A stretch of 63,271 bases of DNA, filler included, from Octopus bimaculoides (Eukaryota): NCBI RefSeq assembly GCF_001194135.2. It is 4 parts of 4 records of this genome, joined end to end, with 100 filler letters (N's around TTAATTAATTAA, not from the genome) between each part and the next. Parts side by side here need not be neighbours in the genome. Positions count along the whole stretch, not along the records: positions 50,498 to 60,996 come from NC_068984.1; positions 61,097 to 63,271 come from NC_068993.1; 2 more parts are not named here. One strand, written 5' to 3'. The stretch's first letter is position 1; every line of letters starts with the position of its first letter. The notes under the pieces are model-generated. The model was not told the DNA's origin. It ran no database searches and saw only the letters and a list, made by a program, of their open reading frames with translations. The translations under genes were made by a program, and so were the position numbers. Positions 50,905 through 61,385 of the stretch are shown here, in pieces.

Positions 50905-52012
50905 TCACGCAGATGAGACTTATACTTTCTTTTTTATTCTGGAATTCAAACAACTGAACTTCAAATTAAAAGAACTGAAGTTTGAATTTAAATAACTGAA
51001 TTTCAAATTAAGATAAATGAATCTCAAATTAGAACTAGAAAACCATGATTTGAATTATATGAACCTTAGTCTAAATCACATGAACCATTATTTATTACAA
51101 ACGAAAATCAATTTAAAATGTATGAAAATCAATTTAAAGCAAAACATCTTTTATGTAAAAGTTTACATAATATGTATAAGATAAAAATATTTGAGAATGA
51201 AGTTTATTCATAAATAAGTGGAAAAGTATGAACTTTAATGCCGAATAACAAGTTAGGTTATCCATTACTTTTATCTATATTAAAGTTGGTGAAATAAAAT
51301 TTGATGATTTGGTTGTTGTTTCTTACAGTTGGATCAACCCTATAAAAATAACTTTGTTGGTTATACTTATAATTTGAGACAGCCCTTCACCCTCTTTCAG
51401 TCTATATACACAAACACCTATGTTACATGTATTTTGTTGCTCAATTTCATAAACAAGAATTACTGTTTCTTCTCTTTCCAAAGACTTAAAACCGATTTTA
51501 TGTGTAATATTTAATTACGCATTAATTATTAATTGGCTATGAAATAATGAACCCACACCACTGTGGTAATTATAGAAAGCATTATCAATCCTTTTACCAC
51601 CAACCCGCCTGATTCTGCCCCTGGATCTAGTGCATAAAATTTTTGTAGAAAATTTTGATTCAATATGGAAGCATCATGTCTGAACAAAATCAATGTTTTA
51701 AATCAAACGTAATTTTTTTAAACACTGCTTTAGTTATTTTGATACGAATTTCATATATTTTAAGTTGATTTTCATTTTTAATTAAAATTTGATATATTCT
51801 AAATTAAAGTTCGTATAATTTAAATCATGGTTCAGTTGTAATTTGAGATTCGTTTGTTTCGATTTGAAAATTGTTTCTTTTAATTTGAAATTCAGTTGGT
51901 TTGATTTGAAAATCGTTTCTTCTAATTTGAAATTCAATTGTTTGAATATGAAGTTCAGTCGTTTATATTTTAGAGTGAAAATGTGTGGTCTCATCCGTTT
52001 ATACGGATGAGA
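50905..52012. mobile_element. Foldback-like element: long imperfect inverted arms built from 21-bp subrepeats
   Basis: The left arm ~50910-51140 matches the reverse complement of ~51725-51998; 4 units (50954-51037) versus 6 units (51833-51958) of a CTGAATTTCAAATTAAAAGAA-like 21-mer; no TSD recognised. Confidence 0.65.
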
Positions 52013-52277
52013 TCCATAGCAATATTAAACGTGTTTATAAATTAAGTTTAGATATTCTAATACAGCTTTCTCTAAATCAAGGGAGACAACTTTTCTTTTC
52101 AATCAATTCAATGGTTTCAATATAAGCGAGTTTACATATTCGTCCACTCGATTTGATTTTCTGAACACTTCTAGTTACTCAAAATCAATGGAAATTCAAT
52201 AGGGTATAGGAGAATGTGGAATATTATCTCTATGAAAGATGAATGCTTTAAGCTGCCTGTTCGCAGAATACAAATGA

Positions 52278-52505
52278 CTAGCCTCTTTGGAAATTTTCCA
52301 AGGTGTGAAAATAGAAGTGGTTGAAAATAATAATATCAGAGATTTTTTTAATATTTTCATATAGCACCAACGCAACATTTCCGTCTTCGCTTTTTACAAT
52401 TTTGTGGTATGTGGACAAATCAAAAATTCCATCTTTAGTTAGTTCAGATGGCTTATGAATAGCTGTAAACACCTTACGAAGTAAAAGCTCTTAGGTCAGA
52501 ACAAA
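52278..52505 (-). pseudogene. Candidate decayed exon
   Basis: AG-free pyrimidine tract then TAG acceptor; frame FVLT*ELLLRKVFTAIHKPSELTKDGIFDLSTYHKIVKSEDGNVALVLYENIKK... with TAA at 52491-52493. Confidence 0.3.
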
Positions 52506-52888
52506 CTATTGTAACGGTATAGAGCATAATAAAATAGGGAAAAGGATTAGCAGAGATTAGTAGCTTTATAATGTGTTCAAGAGGACAAATATTTCAAATT
52601 TCCACTTGGGTGAAGTGAGAAGCCATGAGATGTAAATGATGAAATCACGACAATAAAACGATAATAACTACGATGTCATCATTATATAATAATATAACAG
52701 TTTCATTACGCAATTAATGAATCATCCACTAATTGCTTTGCACAATACACACACACACACACACGCGCACACACACACAAACTATACAGTAAGAATGTGA
52801 TATTTACAGGCCCTCAGCTATTCAACTGCCTACCTAAAAAAAAAATCAGAAACATAAAAGGGACCTCTATCGAAGTATTTTAAGAAGC

Positions 52889-53218
52889 CAGTGGTTCTCA
52901 ACCGTTTTTGCACCTATAGATCTATTTGATTACTATTCTATTCTGGTAGACTCCCATAGTCAGTTTTATAGGAACTTCTTCCAAAATTTCTATTTTGTTA
53001 TTCACACATTAACTTGTGAAGGTTGAACTGCGTAAAACATTTGAGAAAGAAATTTAGTTATTTCTTGCAATAACTACATCTAAACCGAAACTTTTTCTTG
53101 GACCATTAAAATACTACTGTAGACCCCCAATTTACTATTTTACTTGCGTAGATCACGCCAAAATCTTTATATGAAACCCCGCCCCAGAGATCGTATGAAC
53201 TCCCGTTGAGAACCACTG
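52889..53218. mobile_element. hAT (Charlie-like) MITE
   Basis: Perfect 14-bp TIRs CAGTGGTTCTCAAC; no conserved 8-bp TSD. Confidence 0.8.
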
Positions 53219-53364
53219 TCGTAACCAAAATATCTACTAACTACATAAGGTTATACTCAAGGAAGATCAGCTGCTACTAACTCAATTATAAACCAACTTC
53301 CATCCTTAAAACTTCAGCGAAACTGGAAAAAAGGTAATTATATACATTTGAAAAATAAAAACAA

Positions 53365-53420
53365 GGCAGCGCACCAGCATGGCCGCAGTCTATTGATTGA
53401 AACCACTTAAAGAGTAAAAC
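53365..53420 (+). mobile_element. SINE family A extreme 3' tail
   Basis: GGCAGCGCACCAGCATGGCCGCAGTC...GAAACC...AAAGAGTAAAA. Confidence 0.6.
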
Positions 53421-53824
53421 ACACACGCACACATAGCAAATTTAATCATCTTTCCGCAGATTGAAGAAAATGATGAATAGCCATACTCGATGTTCGAACC
53501 CTATCGAGTTCTTATCGTATGTGTATAACATCTTTTGACCAATCCCAGAGAAATAAGTTGGCAATCTATTTATATACTACATACTAGTATGCATGCAAGC
53601 AGACATGCATACTAACATAAATGTGTGTGTGTGTGTGTGTGTGTCTGCGCGCGCGCGCGTCTGTGTTCGTGAGTGTCTGTGTGGTATGTGTTTTAACTCA
53701 TCAAGGAACCAAAGCAGCTTACCATACGATGATAAGGAGCCACGGTAGCCTAGCTTCACAAGTATCTAGGCCCCACTGTTACCCAAACGGCCGCACAAAT
53801 GTCTTCTTTACGACAAGATTGCGC

Positions 53825-54215
53825 CCTTAGCAAAACCATCGTATTGAATGTTTTAAACATCATAGTCTGGCCACCAGCAATGATATATGGTTTGTAAAGT
53901 ATTAACTCAAACAGAGGATGGCACCGAGGGACTGAGTGCGTCCGAAATAATTCTGGCAGTCAGCAGGACGAACGATTTCAGTCCTGGAGGAGATGGAAGC
54001 AGAAACGAAAGTCAGGTGGTAAAAAAACTAATATTTTGGTCACATTATCTGGACCCAGAACCTTTGCGCCCACATCTTCGGGGGCTGGATAGACCGGAAA
54101 CGAGCTCACGGTGGACAAAGATGATCGTATCGAGGACAACACGGGGAGAACTCTGGCAAAGTGTATGGCTGCAGTTCGAGACAGCAGTATATGGAAGGAG
54201 CGATGGCTGTGTCTG
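53825..54215 (+). pseudogene. Decayed 3' end of an RTE-clade LINE
   Basis: Frameshifted IVWPPAMIYG...KKL-YFGHIIWTQNLCAHIFGGWIDRKRAHGGQR...IEDNTGRTLAKCMAAVRDSSIWKER, resembling the RTE C-terminus (YFGHI.R...GKR.RGR...DR..WR). Confidence 0.75.
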
Positions 54216-54279
54216 ATACTCTAGACTCTGAGCCATTAGAATGAAAATATTCAATCACTTATGCATTCGATCATTCAAC

Positions 54280-55280
54280 CGTATAACCTGTCTACATCTC
54301 CATTGATCCTGAAGTTTCCTGTAACACTGAGCAGTTGCGAGTTTGAACATCTATCTCAATGAGTTCTTGTAATGATCAGTTCAGAGAGCCAAATGTAGGC
54401 ATGATAGCAGGCACAACAAAGGTGTTGCGGGCTATTCTCATCTGGTTCAAGATACCTAAATTGTCACCAGACTGTAGAGATTGTATTGTCAAGCCGTTCA
54501 TTCTTTTAGGTTTTCAGAGGAGGGCACAACTTTTGCACGTTCTATTGTTAAAAATGCACATCTGGACTCACCAAATTTAATTTCAATATCTATAGAAAAT
54601 TGAATAATGAAGTTCAATTGATTATTTTTTTATGTGGTTAATATTTTGCCCATACAGTTTCGGGTCGTTGACAAAGAAAAAGATGGGAGATACTTCTGGG
54701 TCCATTTCTATGGCCACTATGTTTTGTGAGTAGGTATGATAGTGGGTTTAATGAGAGGACGAAGAACAATACTAACAGGCTATCACCCTGAAAGATACCT
54801 TTTTGGTTGTGAATGCTATCAGACTCTATTTTCCCCTTATCACTCCTAAGGAGAAAAGTGGTGTTCCAAGTCTTGGTCAGGTGTTCAATAGCACTAACCA
54901 GTGGTTGTGGAACTTTGGCTAACTGTAAAGCCTTGATAATCCACCCATGTGGTATACTATCAAAAGACTTCTGGTAGTCCAAACACACTACTGTTAAATT
55001 CTTACGATTTTTTCCTGGATTATTTTGTCAATTAATAGCTGCGATACACAACTCCACATCTCCTTTTTCCTCCAGCCTATCCAGGTGGTATAATGTTGTT
55101 GGTGGTACAATGATCCTGCAAAAACAGATTGAGGCACCCAGTGTATAATTTGTACATGATGTTCTGGCAGGCTGTAGAACTGTTTCCAATATTTCGCCGT
55201 CTATTTCATATTGCTTTAGCTGGACATGCTGCCAATAGTCCTATTGCAATTCTTTTAGCCATGCAGCTTGTTTGTTGAAT
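54280..55280 (-). pseudogene. R4/Dong-like non-LTR retrotransposon, reverse-transcriptase region, with stops, frameshifts and internal deletions
   Basis: NIMYKLYTG...QLLIDKII...CLDYQKSFDSIPHGWI...GIFQGDSL...LNPLSYLL...HLFFVNDPKLYG (degenerate YMDDLKLY)...KFGESRCA...DVQTRKLL...DVDRLY. Confidence 0.85.
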
Positions 55281-55933
55281 TGCCTGAGATTCGAAACCGT
55301 ATCTAGAAATTTTCCCTCGCCATGCGACCCACTGTTCTGTCAAAAGGGGACGATGAGCTATGTGTTTTCCACTAGACACTTGACCTGTGCTGGTCAAGGA
55401 AAGTCAGTCCTTTGTTCAGAATTTGACCTACATTAATTTAGCCATGGTTATAACGGTATATTCATTTTCCTAGCTAATCTGCACAGTTAATAAATACGAG
55501 TATTCTGTAAGGAAAAGACAGTGAGTAAGTAAGACCAACAGAGAGGAGGCCGACCAGCACGAACGAAATACCGTCTCGACAGAAGTAACGTCATAGAGGG
55601 ACATCTATGGAATTCACCAGCGATACACTCTCTTATTTTCTCACTCGCTCACTTTTCGTTTCGAAAATATCACTCGATCTATTTAGTTACGGCTGCTAAA
55701 ACGACAGGGAATAAGTAAGTCCAACGGTACCTACCCCTTTACAAGAAAATAGAACGCTCGTTACCTCATATGCTTTCCGACTATTTTTATACATGCCTGC
55801 CTGTCGTCGTTTGGCTTTAATTATATGTAATGGTGAAATAAATATGTTATGTACAACTTCGGCCACGATCTTTCTTTCTTGGAGTCAGCACCAAGATCAT
55901 CATCTTCGCCTTTAACATAACGCTACCGTTACA
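55281..55933. mobile_element. Probable solo LTR (653 bp) inserted in the R4-like element
   Basis: TG...CA termini, 4-bp TSD GAAT (55277-55280, 55934-55937); removing it rejoins the host frame NDKF|NKQAAWLKEL; no ORF. Confidence 0.7.
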
Positions 55934-57060
55934 GAATTTATCATTTTTTTTAACCATACAGATCTCCAATAACCCTCAACCTTATCTTTTCTGGAGGTGT
56001 CTTTTACAGAGATTGAGCCTTTCGTACTGAAGCTGTGATAAACTGACTTGGGATCTCTAGCAAATAACACTGGTCAACAATTTTGGAAAAGTTGTGTGCT
56101 TCTTAAATAAGATTTATATTTTAGCTTTTTCAGCTGTAACTGTGAGTTGTTGTTTTAGTGATGCAATTTGGAGTTTAAGTTTTTGAATCTTATATCTCCA
56201 AATCGCCTCTTTAGTTTTTTTTTCTGAGATCTTCCTAATATCGTGTGAATTTGTTCTCTCCTGTCTCGTAACGATTTGTGAAATACTTTTTCATAGAAAT
56301 AAAACTATTTTTTAAGTTACGTGCTCATACTGGTTTAGGATTTCTGTTTGAATCTCGACTGCGTGGCTTCAGTTAGTAATATAATAGATGAGACATAAAT
56401 CAAAAGATTAATGGTTTGGTACGTTGTTTTCCTACCTCTGGACTGTGTGATCAGCAGATGTTTGTTTGCTATTTCGTTTACTGTCGCTAATGTTAATTTA
56501 TTGAGTTCTTTATTTATACTGGTGTTGTATGGCCTGTCATTCAAATTAAGGTTGTGGACATGTGAAAACATATAATCTCAGATCACTTGTAAGGCGTTCA
56601 CAAGTTTCTGGTGTTCTTCTGTTTGCACAGTATAGATATGGACTGCAACTAAATTGTTGGTATTGTTTACTGCTAGATTTAGCCGACCGTCTCTTTTGTC
56701 CCACTGTGGAAGTAGGACGAACGTCTTCAATGACTAGCTTTATAATAAAAGTCTGCATTTCCGTTATGTGTATCAATTTATATCTAATGGTACGTTTTGC
56801 TCGTTCATTTAAATGTTCTGGGGAAAAATTTAATTCTGGGTGTTTGCAGTTCCACAAATCGTTTTAGCCTTTGCATAAAACTCAAGTTTTGGGGATCAGA
56901 TTGTATATATACTTCACATAAGTCTTTATTAGGATTGTAGGTCCATTGTATACAGCGATTGTTGTCACGATTTGGTCGATAGAGACTTATACGTTCAGCC
57001 ATGGTAATTTTGTCTGTTCACTGATATTTGTATTTGTTTTCAAGAATAGACAAAATGCTC
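55934..57060 (-). pseudogene. R4/Dong-like element, N-terminal part of the ORF
   Basis: ATG at 57002; IQWTYNPNKDL...SDPQNLSFMQRLKR-WNCKHPELNFSPEHLNERA...INLLIY...LKQQL...LFARDPKSVYH...VEGYWRSVW, similar to R4-clade N-termini; frameshifted. Confidence 0.7.
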
Positions 57061-57081
57061 TTTAAAAGTTTCGACAAAGTT

Positions 57082-57166
57082 GTATGTATGTATGTATGTA
57101 TGTGTGTATGTATGTATGTATGTATGTATGTATGTATGTATGTATGTATGTATGTATGTATGTATG
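57082..57166. repeat. (TATG)n/(CATA)n microsatellite at the 5' boundary of the R4-like element
   Basis: About 21 tetramer units. Confidence 0.95.
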
Positions 57167-57181
57167 CACATGTTGACTTAC

Positions 57182-57289
57182 CTTGTGTCCTGACATGAAG
57201 GGTGTGTTCTCGGTTAACAAATTTGTTCCGTTTGATACTGAAATGACTCAGAATGTCCCGGTTATGGTTCAATGACTTCGCTATTACAA
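57182..57289 (-). CDS. Candidate 108-nt symmetric (phase 1-1) exon of an unidentified host gene
   Basis: Acceptor TTTTCAACTTTTCAG, consensus donor AAG|GTAAGT; the only open frame reads VIAKSLNHNRDILSHFSIKRNKFVNREHTLHVRTQ. Confidence 0.5.
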
Positions 57290-57717
57290 CTGAAAAGTTG
57301 AAAATGTTGAAACCAACAAGAACTTCTAACTTTACCGTGTACGACTCAGCTCCACACAACGTAGCCTACCCATATCATTGTTCAGTCTAAGACTAGCGTT
57401 ACGAGAATTCCATTGTGTTTGTGATATACCTACATCGGAACAACAGTCTTAAGTCACAAGGGGAAAGTATAGTAATCTAAAGATATTTTCCTTATCCCTG
57501 GATTGCGGGATTAAAACGACTTATTCCCGAGATTACGAATATATTATTCACTTGATAATTCTGTGTGGTAAGAAGTAAAAAAATGGATAACAGCAACAAC
57601 AACCACACAAAATTATTCAATAATACAAAAAAAAAATAAAAAATTCAATAGCAACACGGGAATAATCCAGCAACAATATCCCTAATGAAGAAAGCAAAAA
57701 CAAGAAACATACTAGTC

Positions 57718-58211
57718 CATTGGTTCCTAAACTTTTTAGAGACGAGACCCACTATTTATGACACCAGTTTTGCGACCCACTTAACTCTACTGGGTAAAAA
57801 CATTAATGAAAGAAACAAAACGTTTTATAACTGTTTCAACGTCTCCATACCCTATGGGCAAGTATTAACTCTAATACAAAACCTCGAAGTAGTAACTGTT
57901 ATCGGCTCGATCAGTGTTGTACTGCGCCTAGTTAAAGTTCTCTATAAATAGGTAAAAACAGACTTTTCCTTTTTACGATTACGTACGAATAAATAACTTG
58001 AGAAAATGACCACCTCTGATTTGTTAAGTTCGTGAAAAAAGCCTACTGCTTGATTAAACAACCAGTCTGGTATTGAAAACATGAGTCTTGAACTATCTCG
58101 ATAGACAGCAGTTAATCAAAGCTAATGCGTAATTTTATAACTGTTTGCGACCCACTAGGATTCCGTTCGCGACCCATCAGTGGGTCGCGACTCATAGTTT
58201 GGGAACCACTG
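57718..58211. mobile_element. hAT (Charlie-like) MITE with perfect 8-bp TSD
   Basis: TIRs CA(G/T)TGGTTCC(C/T)AAAC match 13/15; TACTAGTC at 57710-57717 and 58212-58219; several GCGACCCAC-like subterminal motifs. Confidence 0.92.
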
Positions 58212-58249
58212 TACTAGTCACTAAGTGAAAGCAGCGACATTTTAATATA

Positions 58250-58805
58250 CAGGGTGGGTGGAAAGTAACTAGGCATTAGAAATTGCTTATAGAATTTTTA
58301 GTATTACTGAAGTCACGACGAAAACATTTTTTAAACAGACAACACTAACAGGGATTTTTTATTTTCTTATTGTCTTATTTCTTATTTCTTGTTTTCCAGA
58401 TGGTTGGTCGCTTGACTGTTCAGGAGCGAGCTAAGATAGCAACATTATGAGGTGTGAAGTTCCATTGTTTTGGTTTAGAGATGGTGGCGTGCATGAAAAG
58501 GTAAGCATGCAACACTACGTCCGGAGACAATAAAAAGTTGTCATGTAAAGCTGATGACCTGGAGGTACGGATTCAGGAGGTTCTCGATGATATCCCAGAC
58601 GACGTCCTTCAGAAGGTTGTTCATTCCATCCCTCACCGTTTGAGGAAAATGGTTGACACCAGCGGTTTCTTACGTTGAAATATGAAGATTTGCTTTCATT
58701 TTCCCATGTAATAAAGAACATGTATCATTTGTTTCAATAAATTTGTGAAAAGAATATGGATTTTATTACCAATTTTTAACGCCTACTTACTTTTCACCCA
58801 CCCTG
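58250..58805 (+). mobile_element. Internally deleted Tc1/mariner-superfamily element
   Basis: 36-bp TIRs match 32/36, TA on both sides; retains a decayed transposase N-terminus (MVGRLTVQERAKIA...RWWR...LRPETIK) fused to a C-terminus (LEVRIQEVLDDIPDDVLQKVVHSIPHRLRKMVD). Confidence 0.9.
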
Positions 58806-60127
58806 TAGTAAATCTATATTAACTAAGATCGCCCTCTTTCAATCCGTAATTCTCTGATACTTTTCGTGCAGCCCACTTTTTCCCAGTCTGTCTCTCTCTC
58901 TCCCTGTATATATATATATATNNNNNNNNNNNNNNNNNNNNNNNNNNNNNNNNNNNNNNNNNNNNNNNNNNNNNNNNNNNNNNNNNNNNNNNNNNNNNNN
59001 NNNNNNNNNNNNNNNNNNNNNNNNNNNNNNNNNNNNNNNNNNNNNNNNNNNNNNNNNNNNNNNNNNNNNNNNNNNNNNNNNNNNNNNNNNNNNNNNNNNN
59101 NNNNNNNNNNNNNNNNNNNNNNNNNNNNNNNNNNNNNNNNNNNNNNNNNNNNNNNNNNNNNNNNNNNNNNNNNNNNNNNNNNNNNNNNNNNNNNNNNNNN
59201 NNNNNNNNNNNNNNNNNNNNNNNNNNNNNNNNNNNNNNNNNNNNNNNNNNNNNNNNNNNNNNNNNNNNNNNNNNNNNNNNNNNNNNNNNNNNNNNNNNNN
59301 NNNNNNNNNNNNNNNNNNNNNNNNNNNNNNNNNNNNNNNNNNNNNNNNNNNNNNNNNNNNNNNNNNNNNNNNNNNNNNNNNNNNNNNNNNNNNNNNNNNN
59401 NNNNNNNNNNNNNNNNNNNNNNNNNNNNNNNNNNNNNNNNNNNNNNNNNNNNNNNNNNNNNNNNNNNNNNNNNNNNNNNNNNNNNNNNNNNNNNNNNNNN
59501 NNNNNNNNNNNNNNNNNNNNNNNNNNNNNNNNNNNNNNNNNNNNNNNNNNNNNNNNNNNNNNNNNNNNNNNNNNNNNNNNNNNNNNNNNNNNNNNNNNNN
59601 NNNNNNNNNNNNNNNNNNNNNNNNNNNNNNNNNNNNNNNNNNNNNNNNNNNNNNNNNNNNNNNNNNNNNNNNNNNNNNNNNNTATATATATATATATATA
59701 TATCCAACATGACTCACATCTCTTTCTCACATGGATAACAATATGAATCTCCTGAAGAGTACATTGATATATTTAATCAGGAATTTGCATTATTATTTTT
59801 ATATCTCTGTACGAAACGATCGTCTGCAAGACGTGTGCTAACGGTCTGCCAGCTCGCCGTCCCAACACATATAATAGTAATTATTATCATAACAACAACA
59901 ACAACAAGCTCCATTTAGCAGGCATAAATTTTTAACTCTGCAGGAGCAGCCGGCTTCGTTTTGTTGTTTTTGTTTGTTGTGTGCAATTATATTTTTAAAG
60001 TTAGTAGTAGAACTAAAACTAATTTTTGTAATACCATCATAATAATACTTATATTCAGCAATAAATCTCTTTTTTTTTATATATAAAATTCCTATTCTTT
60101 TCTTTTTTATTATCACGTATCTTACAA

Positions 60128-60350
60128 AGGCGGTGAGCTAGCAGAAGCGTTAGCACGCCGGGCAAAATATGCTTAGCGGCATTCGTCCGCCTTTACGTTC
60201 TGAGTTCAAATTCCGCCAAGGTCGACTTTGCCTTTCATCCTTCTCGAGGAGGTCAATAAAATAAGTACCAGTTGAACACTGGGGTTAATATAATCGACTT
60301 TCTCCCTCCCCATAAACTGTTGGTCTAGTGCTAAAATTTGAAACCATTAT
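60128..60350 (+). mobile_element. Full-length SINE family F
   Basis: Head GGCGGTGAGCTAGCAGAAGCGTTAGC, B-box-like GAGTTCAAATTCC, centre GGTCGACTTTGCCTTTCATCC, (ATT)n end. Confidence 0.9.
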
Positions 60351-60537
60351 TGCGTATTTTACAAGGACAGCGGGTTAGCAGTGTTGGATAAAATTTCTAT
60401 ATTAATTAAACACAAACGAGATTCACAAAGTATATCATGTATGCTATTAAATATTTAAATTCTTCCTCTGAAGAAAGAGCTGGTTTCTAACAAAGACACA
60501 AAGCTCCATCGCTGGATAACGAAAACAATGTCGCATT

Positions 60538-60860
60538 TTAAACTTGAGAAAGAGTCTTGCATATTTTTATTGTTCTATTACAGATTGTATTTGTAATGTG
60601 CGGTTTTCTGAAAATCCAGGCTTATCCAGACAGGCATTTACTCACAGAACCAAGTGCTCCAATTATTATTGGTATAAATATAAATTTGTAATCCGGATAT
60701 AGAAGTTGGAAGTTTCGAATCTCATCCACTTTCAGAGATATATTCGTATCAGCAGGACAGCTGTCCTCTATGGTTATTCAGACTTTTTCTTGTCTATCTC
60801 AAACAACAATATCCGGCAATTATGATTACACTTGACAGATGTTTTGATGGGAATATTCCT
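60538..60860 (-). pseudogene. R4/Dong-like element, restriction-like endonuclease C-terminus
   Basis: NIPIKTSVKCNHN-PDIVV*DRQEKV*ITIEDSCPADTNISLKVDE...FIPIIIGALGSVSK...KICKT, matching the PD-(D/E)xK RLE region of R4-clade elements. Confidence 0.8.
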
Positions 60861-60935
60861 TCAGTTGATTTATGTATGTATGTATGTATGTATGTATGCA
60901 TGTATGTTGCGTGTATACACGATATACATATATAT

Positions 60936-60996
<61 letters not shown>

Positions 60997-61096
60997 NNNN
61001 NNNNNNNNNNNNNNNNNNNNNNNNNNNNNNNNNNNNNNNNTTAATTAATTAANNNNNNNNNNNNNNNNNNNNNNNNNNNNNNNNNNNNNNNNNNNN
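60997..61096. other. Artificial assembly linker
   Basis: 44N-TTAATTAATTAA-44N. Confidence 0.95.
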
Positions 61097-61134
<38 letters not shown>

Positions 61135-61189
61135 TGTGTGTATGTGTGTGTGTGTACGTATGTATGTGCACCTGTATGCATTTGTGAAT

Positions 61190-61385
61190 TTGTGTTTGTT
61201 GCCCTCCATCACTTGATGACAACCGATGTTGGTAACTTAGCGTTACCTAGCGGTTCGGCCTAAGGGACCGATAGAATATGTACTAGGCTTACAAAGAATA
61301 AGTCCTTGGGTCGATTTCTACGACTAAAGGCGGTGCTCCAGCATGGCTGCAGTCAAATGACTGAAACAAGTAAAAGAGTAAAAAG
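61190..61385 (+). mobile_element. SINE family A, 3' half
   Basis: ...GACCGATAGAATATGTACTAGGCTTACAAAGAATAAGTCC...GGCGGTGCTCCAGCATGGCTGCAGTCAAATGACTGAAACAAGTAAAAGAG. Confidence 0.9.
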
